Source: Phycisphaerae bacterium (GTDB lineage: Bacteria > Planctomycetota > Phycisphaerae > UBA1845 > Fen-1342). Taken from it: a DNA stretch of 64,000 nucleotides. Shown piece after piece: positions 27,908-37,662 of the stretch. The notes under the pieces were generated by a model. That model saw only the letters and a program-made list of their open reading frames with translations, had not been told where the DNA came from and did no database searches. Numbering within the stretch: position 1 is the first letter of the stretch; each line of letters starts with the position of its first letter. Location: positions 192,001-256,000 of the forward strand of contig CAXXWX010000003.1 in the NCBI GenBank assembly GCA_963675745.2, given 5' to 3'. The position numbers were made by a program, and so were the translations under genes.

Positions 27908-30900
27908 ATGTCTCATACCTTAACATCCAACTGGCGCAGCGCAGCTATTACCGCCGCACTGCTATCGCTGGCCTTCGGAGTAACCGCCGGGGCCGATTCC
28001 TTCTTCGAGAACTTTGATGCGGCTACCGGCACGGGGGGCGGCATCTTTCTCGACGGCCGCGGCTTCAGCGCGCTGGAGGACTGGGACGACGGGCTGCTCA
28101 ACGAGACGGCGTTCGGATCGACTTCCGGGCATGCCAACGCCATTCTCTCGGCGCAGGGCGCGCCGGGCCTCGGCGTCAGCGGCGGCGCGGGACTCCTCGA
28201 GATTATCGACGTCAATTTCAACTTCATCGATGAAGACTTCAGTTCAGTGACCGGCACTGGTGGCGGTGTGTTCCTGATCGGAGACGGAAACACCCCCGAT
28301 CTCACCGGTTACACCGGAGCCTGGGATGACGGGCTCGGTGATGAGTTCGCGTTCTTCGGCACGGCCAACGGCGCGATTCTCGTCGGTGATGTGTCGGCCC
28401 AGGGCATTCCCGGTGGCGGCGCGACAGACGGCGGCGGACAGATGATCGTCAACAACGTCAATGTCACCGCCGGTGAGTGGTATGGCGGCCTGGCCTGGAC
28501 GGTGCCCGGATTCCCCGCCGGTGCCGCTCCCGTGCTCGTCAACGGCGGATTCGATGTTGACGGGACCATCCCTCCGGGTGGCGACCCCACCATCACGGGC
28601 TGGACGCTGGGCGGCGACGCGATGTGGTTCCAAGGTGGGCCGAGCTGGGAAGGCAGCGTGTACCTTGAACCCAGCCAGATGCCGCCAATCAGCCCGGCGC
28701 ACGCGCTGAAGATCTGGTGCGCGTGGCAGGTTGGCTATCCAAATGAGTCGACGGTGTACCAGGACCTGGCCGCCACGGAAGGACAGACCTGGGAACTGGA
28801 TTGCTTCGTGGCGAACTACAGCGGCGACCCGTTGGCGACCAATAACACGGCCGAGATGCGGATCGAATTCTACGACCCCAATGACAACCTGCTGGGCACG
28901 CCCGCCGTGGCGACAATCCTCACTGTCTCTGACCCGATCGACACCTGGATCGACGTGACGCCGCTGAGTGCGGTGGCTCCGGCCGGCACAGCCTACGCGC
29001 GCGCCGTGCTCGCTTACGTCGCGCCGGTCGCACCGGCCGGCAATTGTGGTGCGGCGTTCATCGAAGATGTGACATTCGAGGTCACGGATGGGCCGCCGTC
29101 GTTCAATTTGGGTGACTTCAGCCTGACGGCCGATGTGCGCGGCGAGGCGCTCGGCGCCGGCGAGCAGCTCGGCCACTACCAGTTGCGTCTGGAAGACTCG
29201 TCCGGTGGGCGCCTGGTCTTCACGTCCACTGCGGTCGCCGATCCGAACGCCTGGACGCCGATCGGCGGCACGCTTGATCTGGCCGATGAGCGTGATGCCA
29301 ACGACGTGCCGACGCCCGGCGCGTTCGACCCGTCGTCCAGCAACTTCACGGTCGTGGTGGCGTTTGACAACAACCGCGCGACGACCTGGGGCACAGGCGG
29401 CACGCTTGAGGTCGACAACATTCTGATGCCGAACACGGTTCAGACCGGCAGCGGCTACGTCGCAGGCCTGTACTGGGATGGCATCCCGGCCGAGGCCGAG
29501 GTCGATCCGCGCAACCTGCAGCTCACAGCCGATCTGCTCGGCGACGTCGCCGGCGGTGACTACCAGCTCCGCATGGAGGTCTTCGGCGACATCCCATACG
29601 TCAACGAGAACTTCAGCACCCTGACCGGCGAGGGTGGCGACCAGCTCAAGGCCCCGAACGACGAGAACGGCTATGTCGAGACGGGCGACTGGGATACGGG
29701 CATCGACTTCGAGTTCGGCTTTGCCGGTACGTTCGAAGGGGCCGTCGTGACGACACCCGCCGGCGGCATCTGGATTGAAGGCGACTTGGCCGAAGGGGCG
29801 GCGAAGCTCGAAGCACACGAGATCGCCGTCGGCGGCCTCGCGGGCTGGTATGTCGGCGCGGGGTGGCGCGATCAGGCGCTGGCCTCGACCGATCCGAATC
29901 TCGTCACGTTGACCGCCAGTATCAAGGGTGATGCCAGCGGCGCTCTGGAGTCGCTAGGCACAGTCCAGCTTCGCATCGAAGACCCCGATCTCGACTACAT
30001 CGGATTTGAACAGATGGCGACAACTGGTTGGCAGCCCATCGGTGGCGCGCTCTCGACGACCAACGCTTCCGGCGCACTCGGCAGTGGCGACGGTGTGTTC
30101 GACTGGAACGCCGAATCCTACACCGTTGCCGTCGTATTCGAGGGCACCGACTCCAACTGGAACTGGGGAGGCACGGTCTGGGTCGACAACGTGCAGATCA
30201 CCGAACCCGCCAATCCGGTCCGCACGCAGCGCGGCCAGATCAGCTTCAGCGGGTCGGCCAACGGTTCTACATACGATAGCGTCGGCGGATTGCTGATCGA
30301 CGGCGATTCGAGCTTCCCCCCGGTCGGCGGCGTGATCCAGGATGGCAACGCCAACTGGGAGCGCGGCATCGAGGGTGAGGCGGCGTTCTTCGGCGGCTGG
30401 CTGGCATCGATCGCTCAGGTTGAGGCACAGGGCTGCACGGATTGCGGCATGTCCGGCACTGGCGGCGCACAACTGATCGCCACCGGAATAACGCACGACG
30501 ATCCGAACGGCACCTACTGGGCCGGTCTGGCCTGGCACAACATCCCGATCGATATCAGTGACCCGAACCTGGTCCGCTTCACCGCGGATGTGAAGGGCGA
30601 GTGGGACACTTCGGGCGGCACGCTCGCCGGTTACACGGTCATCCGCCTCGAGGATGGCAACGGCGGTAACTTCGGCTTCGAGTTGCAAGCTGACGGTGCG
30701 TGGCACGCCATTGGCGGCACTATGAACACCGCCATTGACTACAACGGCTTTAACAAGGCCACCACGCAAGTCTCAGTCGTGCTGATTATCTACACGCACG
30801 ATTCAGACGAGGGGCCGAACGCCACTATCTCGCTCGACAACCTGCGCCTTGAATACAACGACCCGGTCAACGGTTGGACCGATGTGCTCTACGAGAACTT

Positions 30901-31249
30901 CGATACAGCCGTCGGCCCGACGCCGGGCTATCTCGACGACGCGGGATCGTTCGACACGTACACGCTGGTGGCCACCATGGAGAATGGCCTGACGACGTGG
31001 CCGGCTGGTGGTTCGCTGCTGATCGACAATCTGTCGCTCGGTGGCCTGCCTCAGTACGAGTTGGGTGATCTGAACTGCGACGGTTTCGTCAACAACGGCG
31101 ATATTGACGCGTTCGTTTTGGCGCTCAACGACCCCGGTGTGTATGCCAGCGCATATCCGGATTGCGATATCAATCTGGCGGACATCAACGACGACGGGTT
31201 CGTCAACAACGGTGACATCGACCCGTTTGTCGCATTGCTCAGTGGTTGA
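27908..31249 (+). CDS. Large secreted multi-repeat beta-sandwich protein with dockerin-like tail
   Basis: AGGAG RBS, signal peptide; four homologous units (E(N/D)F..TG.GG, W(D/E).G, GL.W, LTAD, LR.ED, IGG, (V/I/L)DN) plus one CBM-like module; GDLNCDG tail. Confidence 0.8.
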   Translation: MSHTLTSNWRSAAITAALLSLAFGVTAGADSFFENFDAATGTGGGIFLDGRGFSALEDWDDGLLNETAFGSTSGHANAILSAQGAPGLGVSGGAGLLEIIDVNFNFIDEDFSSVTGTGGGVFLIGDGNTPDLTGYTGAWDDGLGDEFAFFGTANGAILVGDVSAQGIPGGGATDGGGQMIVNNVNVTAGEWYGGLAWTVPGFPAGAAPVLVNGGFDVDGTIPPGGDPTITGWTLGGDAMWFQGGPSWEGSVYLEPSQMPPISPAHALKIWCAWQVGYPNESTVYQDLAATEGQTWELDCFVANYSGDPLATNNTAEMRIEFYDPNDNLLGTPAVATILTVSDPIDTWIDVTPLSAVAPAGTAYARAVLAYVAPVAPAGNCGAAFIEDVTFEVTDGPPSFNLGDFSLTADVRGEALGAGEQLGHYQLRLEDSSGGRLVFTSTAVADPNAWTPIGGTLDLADERDANDVPTPGAFDPSSSNFTVVVAFDNNRATTWGTGGTLEVDNILMPNTVQTGSGYVAGLYWDGIPAEAEVDPRNLQLTADLLGDVAGGDYQLRMEVFGDIPYVNENFSTLTGEGGDQLKAPNDENGYVETGDWDTGIDFEFGFAGTFEGAVVTTPAGGIWIEGDLAEGAAKLEAHEIAVGGLAGWYVGAGWRDQALASTDPNLVTLTASIKGDASGALESLGTVQLRIEDPDLDYIGFEQMATTGWQPIGGALSTTNASGALGSGDGVFDWNAESYTVAVVFEGTDSNWNWGGTVWVDNVQITEPANPVRTQRGQISFSGSANGSTYDSVGGLLIDGDSSFPPVGGVIQDGNANWERGIEGEAAFFGGWLASIAQVEAQGCTDCGMSGTGGAQLIATGITHDDPNGTYWAGLAWHNIPIDISDPNLVRFTADVKGEWDTSGGTLAGYTVIRLEDGNGGNFGFELQADGAWHAIGGTMNTAIDYNGFNKATTQVSVVLIIYTHDSDEGPNATISLDNLRLEYNDPVNGWTDVLYENFDTAVGPTPGYLDDAGSFDTYTLVATMENGLTTWPAGGSLLIDNLSLGGLPQYELGDLNCDGFVNNGDIDAFVLALNDPGVYASAYPDCDINLADINDDGFVNNGDIDPFVALLSG

Positions 31250-31277
31250 ACACGCTCAGCCTGAATGAGCGGATTCT

Positions 31278-31314
31278 GACGACCGCGCCCGGGGCAGCGC
31301 CCGGCGCGGTCGTC
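31278..31314 (+). terminator. Strong GC hairpin after the large gene (terminator or mRNA stabiliser; no U-tract)
   Basis: GACGACCGCGCC pairs with GGCGCGGTCGTC (12 bp). Confidence 0.5.
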
Positions 31315-31506
31315 TGTGTCTCCGATGCACGGAACCGCTGAACTGTTTTGAAGGGCCGCCGCCGGGTGTTAAACTGGAGGTAATCTCTTGTGGCGGTGGC
31401 AACGGGCAGTCAGAAGTCGTCGCCGGCGGGAAGACGCAGCACCGCCATAACGTGCTGGTGAACACACTCGCATTGCCGCGCCGTGCGGCGGGCCACGCGA
31501 CACTCG

Positions 31507-33009
31507 ATGGAGTCCGACGTGCATATCACTCGAATAACCGCGTTCATCCTGCTAACCGCGGCGCTATTACCGATCGCGACATCTCTGGCGGAGTACACGC
31601 TCGTCTGGTCGGACGAGTTCGACGGCCCGGACATCGATCCGGCCAACTGGGAGTTCATGTACGGCGACGGGAGCGACTACGGCAATCCGGGGTGGGGCAA
31701 CAATGAGTGGCAGTGGTACACGGACCGTTCGGAAAACTGCTATATCTCCGGTGGGCAGATGCACATCGCCGCCCGGCGTGACTACTGGCAGGGGCATGAG
31801 TACACCTCCGCCCGGCTGCGCACGCTATATCGCGCCGACTTCCTCTACGGTCGTATCGAAGCGAGTATCAAGCTGCCATCGACGCAGGGCATCTGGCCGG
31901 CCTTCTGGATGCTGCCGACCGACTCGCCCTACGGCGGCTGGGCCGCCAGCGGTGAAATCGACATCATGGAGTCGATCAATACCGCGGACCGTGTTTACGG
32001 AACGATCCACTACGGCGGAACCTGGCCGGAAAATGTGCACTCCGGCGGCGACTACGCCGACGGTACGGACTACTCCGCGGACTTCCACACATACACGCTC
32101 CAATGGGAGCCCGACGCAATGCTCTGGTACGTTGACGGGCAGCTTTACTACGCCGTCACCAGCAGCGGCTGGTACAGCGACGCCGACCCGGGCAACACGC
32201 GGGCGCCGTTCGACAATGCGTTCCACATGCTGCTGAATGTCGCGGTCGGCGGCAACTGGCCGGGCTATCCCGACGGGTCGAGCGTGTTCCCGCAGGAACT
32301 GGTCATCGACTGGGTGCGTATCTATCAGGACGAGGCCCCACCGCCCGAGCAGCAGCCATATCACGGCACACCGCTCGCCATTCCCGGCCGGATCGAACTT
32401 GAAGACTTCGACATCGGGGCGGACGGCGTCGCGTATCATGATTGCGACGCCGCCAACAACGGTGGCCAGTACCGGCCATCGAGCGGCGTTGATATCGAGG
32501 AGTGCGGCGAAGGCGGCTACAACGTGGGCTGGCTCTGCGAGACCGAGTGGCTCGAGTACACGGTCGATATCGCAATCCCCGGACCCTACATCGCCGAAGC
32601 GCGTGTCGCCTCGCAATCCACCGGCGGGCCCTTCTCGCTGGAACTTGACGAAACGCCGATCAGTTCACCCTTTAACGTGCCCGTGACCGGTGGTTGGCAA
32701 ACCTGGACGACGATCTCGCGCGAAGTAATCCTCAGCGCCGGTGAGCACGTGCTGAGGTTTGCAAACGGGGGGACATCCGAAGAGTACAACATCAACTGGC
32801 TGGCCTTTTACGCGTTTGCCGACATCAATCGCGATTTCGCCGTGGACGTGCTCGACCTGGGTCTGTCCACAGCCAGCCTCAGTGGACCGGATGACACGAC
32901 TCCACCGGCCGGTGTGACGCCCACGGAGTTTGCCAACAGCGACTTCGATGGCGATGGCGACGTGGATGTGCTCGATGCCGCCGAGTTCCAGTATCTACTG
33001 GGAAGTTGA
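31507..33009 (+). CDS. Secreted GH16 laminarinase with CBM6 and dockerin-like tail
   Basis: WSDEF, WGNNEWQWY, WPAFW, GEIDIME, NVAVGGNWPG; CBM6 IELEDFD...TGGWQTW...YNINW; DFDGDGDVDVLD. Confidence 0.92.
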   Translation: MESDVHITRITAFILLTAALLPIATSLAEYTLVWSDEFDGPDIDPANWEFMYGDGSDYGNPGWGNNEWQWYTDRSENCYISGGQMHIAARRDYWQGHEYTSARLRTLYRADFLYGRIEASIKLPSTQGIWPAFWMLPTDSPYGGWAASGEIDIMESINTADRVYGTIHYGGTWPENVHSGGDYADGTDYSADFHTYTLQWEPDAMLWYVDGQLYYAVTSSGWYSDADPGNTRAPFDNAFHMLLNVAVGGNWPGYPDGSSVFPQELVIDWVRIYQDEAPPPEQQPYHGTPLAIPGRIELEDFDIGADGVAYHDCDAANNGGQYRPSSGVDIEECGEGGYNVGWLCETEWLEYTVDIAIPGPYIAEARVASQSTGGPFSLELDETPISSPFNVPVTGGWQTWTTISREVILSAGEHVLRFANGGTSEEYNINWLAFYAFADINRDFAVDVLDLGLSTASLSGPDDTTPPAGVTPTEFANSDFDGDGDVDVLDAAEFQYLLGS

Positions 33010-33108
33010 CAGCCCGTCCCGACGAAATTGTCGTGTGCCACGGCTCTGTGAGCCGTGTTGTGCCGGGGCCCGCGACAATCCCGACGCTACCGGCGCCGCG
33101 AGCCCGCT

Positions 33109-35013
33109 CTATTCGAGGCAGCCGGGGGCGTTGTCCGGTCCACGCAGGCAATCGAGGACGCCACTCAGATCGGCGCCATTGAGCGTGTCGTCCACAACGA
33201 ACTCAAACACACTTCCACAGACGCCGGCGGCGTCCGCGCCTAGGCAGACCTGGAATTCGGCGACATCGAGCACATCCACGTCGCCGTCACCGTCGAAATC
33301 AGCGGCGTCGTAGGCCAGCTCCTGTGCCAACACACTGACGGCCAGCCGCGGGTGCAGGATGTCGGGGGCGGCACCGTTGTCTTCCACGGCGAAGAGCCCC
33401 CACCACTCTTCGTTGGAGTAGCCGTCCGGGTGAAACCGCGTGCCATATCCGCCGGCATCGTGCGTGGTGGGCGAGTCGGCTTTCCACCATTCATCACTGT
33501 AGGCCATCAGTGAGCCGCCGGCGCAGTTGGCCTTGATTTGCCGCCATTGGCGGCGGATGTATTCGGCGTGTACGTCCTGATACTCGGTTTGTGTGCGGTT
33601 ATCGAGGGCGTCAATTCCATACTCGGTGAAGATCAGCGGTTTGTCGGTCAGACGCTCGTAGTAGTCGAAGTAGCAGTGGGCGTCAGCGCCGAAGTAGGTG
33701 TTGTGCCCCCACATATCGACGTAGTCGAGCGACACGTCATCCGAACCGAGAGCCGTGTCGCCGACATCCCACAGGCCCGCGTTCGTCACGATCGTCGGAT
33801 GGTATAACGCCCCTTCCTCCTCCCAGGCAATCTCAGCCAGGCGGTTGGCCAGCGCAAACCAATGCGGCAGCATCTCGGTCGAGACATTGAAATTGACTTC
33901 GTTGCCGATCCCCCAGCCCAGCACAGCCGGATGATCCTTGAATTGCCGGACAAACGCGCGGAAGTGGCTCTCATAATACGCGATCGTGCCTGGATCGCTG
34001 TAGTCATCAAGTCCGTTCTGTGGAATCCAGAAGCCGATGATGGCGTAGATCGGCTCGGCGGCGTCATAGTACAGGGCGTCGAGCAGGGTTGTGTCCGGCG
34101 GGGGCGACCACGTGCGGATCGTATTCAGGTTCAGAGTCTCAAAACAGGCCAGATCGCGCGCGATGATCGCCGGGTCTGTAAATACGGAGTATTCGCTTGG
34201 CCAGTACCCGATCGGTGTCGGAGCATAGCCGACGCTCTTGACGGTGAACGGCGCGCCGTTGACAAAAAGGCGGCGTCCCACGACTTGCACCGGCCCCGTG
34301 CTCGGCGGCTTCGCGCTGGGGGCTTTTTGAAACCGCTCCGCCGACCAGACATACTCGGCGTACGCTTCGGAGTCAGAGAACTGCCAATCGAAGAACCGCA
34401 GTTCGTCGACCACACCCTCGCCATATCCGTGATAGCCCGTGTAACCGACTTGCAGTAAGCCGGCGACCGGCGTGCGCGTGCCGTCCAATGAGGCCCACTG
34501 CGCGATGCGGCCGTTCACGAAAATCCAGAGCACGCAACGGCCGGGCGTACACTCCCAAGCGGCGGCCACATGAGTCCACTCGCTCTCGGACAGCAGGTCC
34601 GGCACGGCCGCTTGCAGTAGATTGCCGTCGTCGTCGCGCATCTCGAATACGAGATAGTCGTCGGCGACGTAAAACAGCCCGAGGCTACGCGGCTGACCGA
34701 TCGTGCCGAGCTGCACAATACCGCCGTCCGTGTCGGCGGAGTTCTTGCGAAACCAGAAGGTCAGCGTGCCGGCCTCGGCCACAAAGGCGCTGTCAGCGTA
34801 GATGATGTACTGACTGCCGGAGAACGAGGCGCCGTTCCCATTAACGGCGGGCGTGAACTGCAACGTCCCGCTGATGAAACCACCATTGGCCTCAACGCCG
34901 GCGCTGGTCTCCAGTCCGTCGTAGCGCACGGCGCAGTCGGCCGCGGCAAGCGGCGTGAAGAGCCCGCTCAACGCCAGGGCCACAAGCATGACAACGCGCG
35001 GGTAACCCATCAT
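33109..35013 (-). CDS. Secreted LamG-domain plus clan GH-A TIM-barrel glycosidase (GH158/GH2-like) with dockerin-like tail
   Basis: LamG EWTHVAA...IFVNG...VDELRF; VNGAPFTVKSVGY, WGIGNE, FTEYGID, DEWWK, NEEWWG. Confidence 0.75.
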   Translation of the reverse strand: MMGYPRVVMLVALALSGLFTPLAAADCAVRYDGLETSAGVEANGGFISGTLQFTPAVNGNGASFSGSQYIIYADSAFVAEAGTLTFWFRKNSADTDGGIVQLGTIGQPRSLGLFYVADDYLVFEMRDDDGNLLQAAVPDLLSESEWTHVAAAWECTPGRCVLWIFVNGRIAQWASLDGTRTPVAGLLQVGYTGYHGYGEGVVDELRFFDWQFSDSEAYAEYVWSAERFQKAPSAKPPSTGPVQVVGRRLFVNGAPFTVKSVGYAPTPIGYWPSEYSVFTDPAIIARDLACFETLNLNTIRTWSPPPDTTLLDALYYDAAEPIYAIIGFWIPQNGLDDYSDPGTIAYYESHFRAFVRQFKDHPAVLGWGIGNEVNFNVSTEMLPHWFALANRLAEIAWEEEGALYHPTIVTNAGLWDVGDTALGSDDVSLDYVDMWGHNTYFGADAHCYFDYYERLTDKPLIFTEYGIDALDNRTQTEYQDVHAEYIRRQWRQIKANCAGGSLMAYSDEWWKADSPTTHDAGGYGTRFHPDGYSNEEWWGLFAVEDNGAAPDILHPRLAVSVLAQELAYDAADFDGDGDVDVLDVAEFQVCLGADAAGVCGSVFEFVVDDTLNGADLSGVLDCLRGPDNAPGCLE

Positions 35014-35093
35014 CCACCGCCGCTTCCGTTTACGGCGTGTCAGTGTGCATGTGCGGACACGCTACCATTGAGGCTGACCTGCCGCAAAACGGG

Positions 35094-35121
35094 GCGAGGC
35101 ACACCTGACGGTGTGCCTCGC
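35094..35121 (-). terminator. Probable intrinsic terminator after the PEP-CTERM gene
   Basis: 12-bp perfect stem GCGAGGCACACC/GGTGTGCCTCGC, 4-nt loop, followed by CCCGTTTT on the minus strand. Confidence 0.6.
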
Positions 35122-35146
35122 GCCGATGCACTGTACTCGTTCAGCC

Positions 35147-35866
35147 TTAGCGACGGCGCAACAGCAACAGCCCGATGCCGAACAGAGCAATGCTCGCCGG
35201 CTCCGGCACGAAGTTGATGTTGTCGTAGATCATGCCGCTCTGATCGTAGTTGGTTGCTACGCTCGAGAAGCCGATTTGCAGAATCTGGCCATCCAGCGCG
35301 GCGTCGATCGGGATCGAGATTGAGTCCGAGCCCCAGGTGGTTGGCAGCTCGTGCGTATCGACAGTCAGGAAGTTCGTCATCGCCCAACCGTTGGCTGGAT
35401 CCAGCGTCTTAATGAACGCCAGCGCGGTCGTGGGGGGCACCAGATCGCCGTGCTTGACATCGAAGCTGAACGTCCAAATCGAGCCCACGTCAGCCGTACC
35501 AACGGTGAACTCCTGGTACACGTTGGCTTCGATCAGATTGCCGTTGGCATGGTCGCCGTTGTTGTAGTCACTGTAGACCACCAACTGCTGGGCGCCCTGG
35601 TCCAGACCACCCTCGCCGGCGGCGATGGAACAAAAAGCTGCGCCGCCGTTGGGAGCCGGGAAGGAACCATAACCGTACAGGTAGTTCCACGCCGGGTCGA
35701 AGACGTTACCGTATACCAGCCAGCCGTCGTTTGCCAGCGCGTCCGGGTCCGCCTGGACCAGACCCTCGAAATCCTGCGAGTATGCCGGCAGGTCCGCCAG
35801 GGCAACGCCGCTTGTGCACAGCAGAAGCGTCGTGGCTATCCCGCCAATCAGAATACGTTGCAACAT
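35147..35866 (-). CDS. PEP-CTERM sorting domain surface protein
   Basis: AGGAGG RBS, signal peptide, VPEPASIALFGIGLLLLRRR. Confidence 0.9.
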   Translation of the reverse strand: MLQRILIGGIATTLLLCTSGVALADLPAYSQDFEGLVQADPDALANDGWLVYGNVFDPAWNYLYGYGSFPAPNGGAAFCSIAAGEGGLDQGAQQLVVYSDYNNGDHANGNLIEANVYQEFTVGTADVGSIWTFSFDVKHGDLVPPTTALAFIKTLDPANGWAMTNFLTVDTHELPTTWGSDSISIPIDAALDGQILQIGFSSVATNYDQSGMIYDNINFVPEPASIALFGIGLLLLRRR

Positions 35867-36291
35867 TGAGCAATCCTCCTCCTACTTTGCCAGTCAGGTT
35901 AGATGTGGAACCGCGATCAAGAGGTCAGGCACACCGGCCGGCCGTATTCGACCTTACACAAACCGCAAGATAGCGCTCCACCTTCGTCGTCCACAAAACG
36001 TCTGATTCTCGCCTCTCGTGCGTCGGGTGCTCCTCTCAAGACATCCGGAGCCCCAAAATCACACGGAAGACACGCACAAATCGTGATGTCGCAAACACTC
36101 CATCTGGGAAGTTCAGGTCCCTATGCCATCCACTTCTCCTTTCCTGAGAGACGGGCCGGGATATATCGCTGGCGGAATTGCCGGACGTCCCGACTCTCCT
36201 CACACGGAACCCTAAACAATCGCACAGTGCTACGACGCAAGTGACACGTGCGAACTCGCTCGCCACCCCAGTGGTGGCGCCTCCTGGTCTC

Positions 36292-37356
36292 CTAACTGTC
36301 CAGCGCCGCCGCCGTCGGCGCATCAGCATCGACCGGCGAAGACGCCGCAACCCGGCGCGACCCCGCCGGCGGGGCCGTGGACTGGTTGATCTCGAGGAAC
36401 GTGCGCGTCGTCTTCTGAAGACCGCCCGTGTCCTGTCCTTTGACGGTCCGAGACAGCCAGCGTCCCGCTTCGTAGCCGAGCGCACCCGCATCCTGACAGA
36501 CGGCGGTCAGCGTCGGGTAAACGCTGTGGCGCATGTTGCTGTCGTCGAACCCGATGATCGACATGTCGTCCGGCACACGAACGCCGAGTTGCTGCGCCTT
36601 GTTCACGGCCCCGACCGCCAGCAGCGGGTCAGCGAAGTAGATCGCCGTGGGCGGGTCGATCATGCTCTGCGCCAGCTTCATAACCGTCGCCCCGCCCGCC
36701 AGCGAGATTTTCTGCCGGAAGACAAGACGCTCGTCGAACGGCAGATTGTGGTTATCCAACGCTGACTTGTATCCGGCCATGCGGTCAATGTGGTCACGGT
36801 CGGTGACGGTGTGCGTGGCGAACGCGATGCGCTGGTGGCCGAGCGCGATCAGATACTCGATGGCGCGGGTACTGTCGGCCATGGAGTCGTAGTCGATGTA
36901 GTTCGTGTCGGGCGAGTCAAAGCGCTCGCTGATCACGACGTGCGGGAATCCCTCGCGCGCAATCGCGCCGCACACATCGCGCGTCTTCGCCGTCGTGCGC
37001 AGGACAACACCGCGCACCCCCTTGCGCATGAAGAACTGCGTGTAGGTCTCGTCCTGCTCTTTGTCACGCTGAAGATTGAGGATTACCACGTCAAAGCGGC
37101 ACTCGTCGAGGCCGCGCACGACGCCGTGCAGAACCGCCGCATCGAACGCATCGGCGAGGGTGGATTCGGCGGTATAGGCGAAGGCGATGTTGGTGGTGAC
37201 GCGCCGGCCGATGGTCGGGACATAGCCGAAGCGGTTGGCGATTGCCAGGACCCGCGCGCGCGTATCCGGATTGACCGCGGAGTCATTGTTCAGCGCCCTG
37301 GATACGGTGCTGATGGAGACACCGGCTTCTTCGGCGATTTTCCGAACGGATGCCAC
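36292..37356 (-). CDS. LacI family transcriptional regulator (paralogue of 25363-26478)
   Basis: GTG start 37356 gives MASVRKIAEEAGVSISTVSRALN, aligned with lacI-1; LGHQRIAF, SIIGFDD. Confidence 0.93.
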   Translation of the reverse strand: MASVRKIAEEAGVSISTVSRALNNDSAVNPDTRARVLAIANRFGYVPTIGRRVTTNIAFAYTAESTLADAFDAAVLHGVVRGLDECRFDVVILNLQRDKEQDETYTQFFMRKGVRGVVLRTTAKTRDVCGAIAREGFPHVVISERFDSPDTNYIDYDSMADSTRAIEYLIALGHQRIAFATHTVTDRDHIDRMAGYKSALDNHNLPFDERLVFRQKISLAGGATVMKLAQSMIDPPTAIYFADPLLAVGAVNKAQQLGVRVPDDMSIIGFDDSNMRHSVYPTLTAVCQDAGALGYEAGRWLSRTVKGQDTGGLQKTTRTFLEINQSTAPPAGSRRVAASSPVDADAPTAAALDS

Positions 37357-37391
37357 GGCACGCTCGCCACTGTTGGTTCGACAACGTTCTT

Positions 37392-37451
37392 GGAAACAGT
37401 TCTTGAAACAGTTGCAGGGTTTAGTGTACGATGTCGATCGCGGCAGGTCAA
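37392..37451 (-). promoter_or_regulatory. Promoter of lacI-2 with tandem operators
   Basis: Minus-strand TTGACC (37451-46), 17 nt, TACACT (37428-23); boxes TGAAACAGTTGCA (37404-16) and GGAAACAGTTCTT (37392-404). Confidence 0.72.
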
Positions 37452-37662
37452 GTGTTTTTTCGCCCTTGACGCACAGGATGACGAACAACCGGTTTCGACC
37501 ATAACCTCGTGTAGGAAAAAGAGATGTGTGAAAGCCCTGACGCCGTTGCCACGCGATCGGCACGCACACCCGCCTCGCAATCCCGGAGATAGCGCATCGG
37601 CCGAGCTGACCGCCACCAAACGCATCGCGTCAGTGTCGCACCGCCGAGCTTTGACCGTGACG

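Noticed and set aside
8158..35013. Calling the system a cellulosome
   Set aside because: No cohesin/scaffoldin or cellulase families are recognisable; the tails are only dockerin-like
36135..36200. Glycine-riboswitch-like words (GGAGAG...CTCTCAGG) on the minus strand upstream of the PEP-CTERM gene
   Set aside because: The conserved CCGAAG core is missing and the context does not fit; an Infernal/Rfam search would settle it
37485..37496. ACAACCGGTTTC as a possible LacI operator for the GH17 operon
   Set aside because: Single imperfect copy matching neither operator class
36790..37662. N-terminal 291 aa of the 1093-aa ORF
   Set aside because: Antisense to lacI-2 and its promoter; the real protein begins at the signal peptide near 37663
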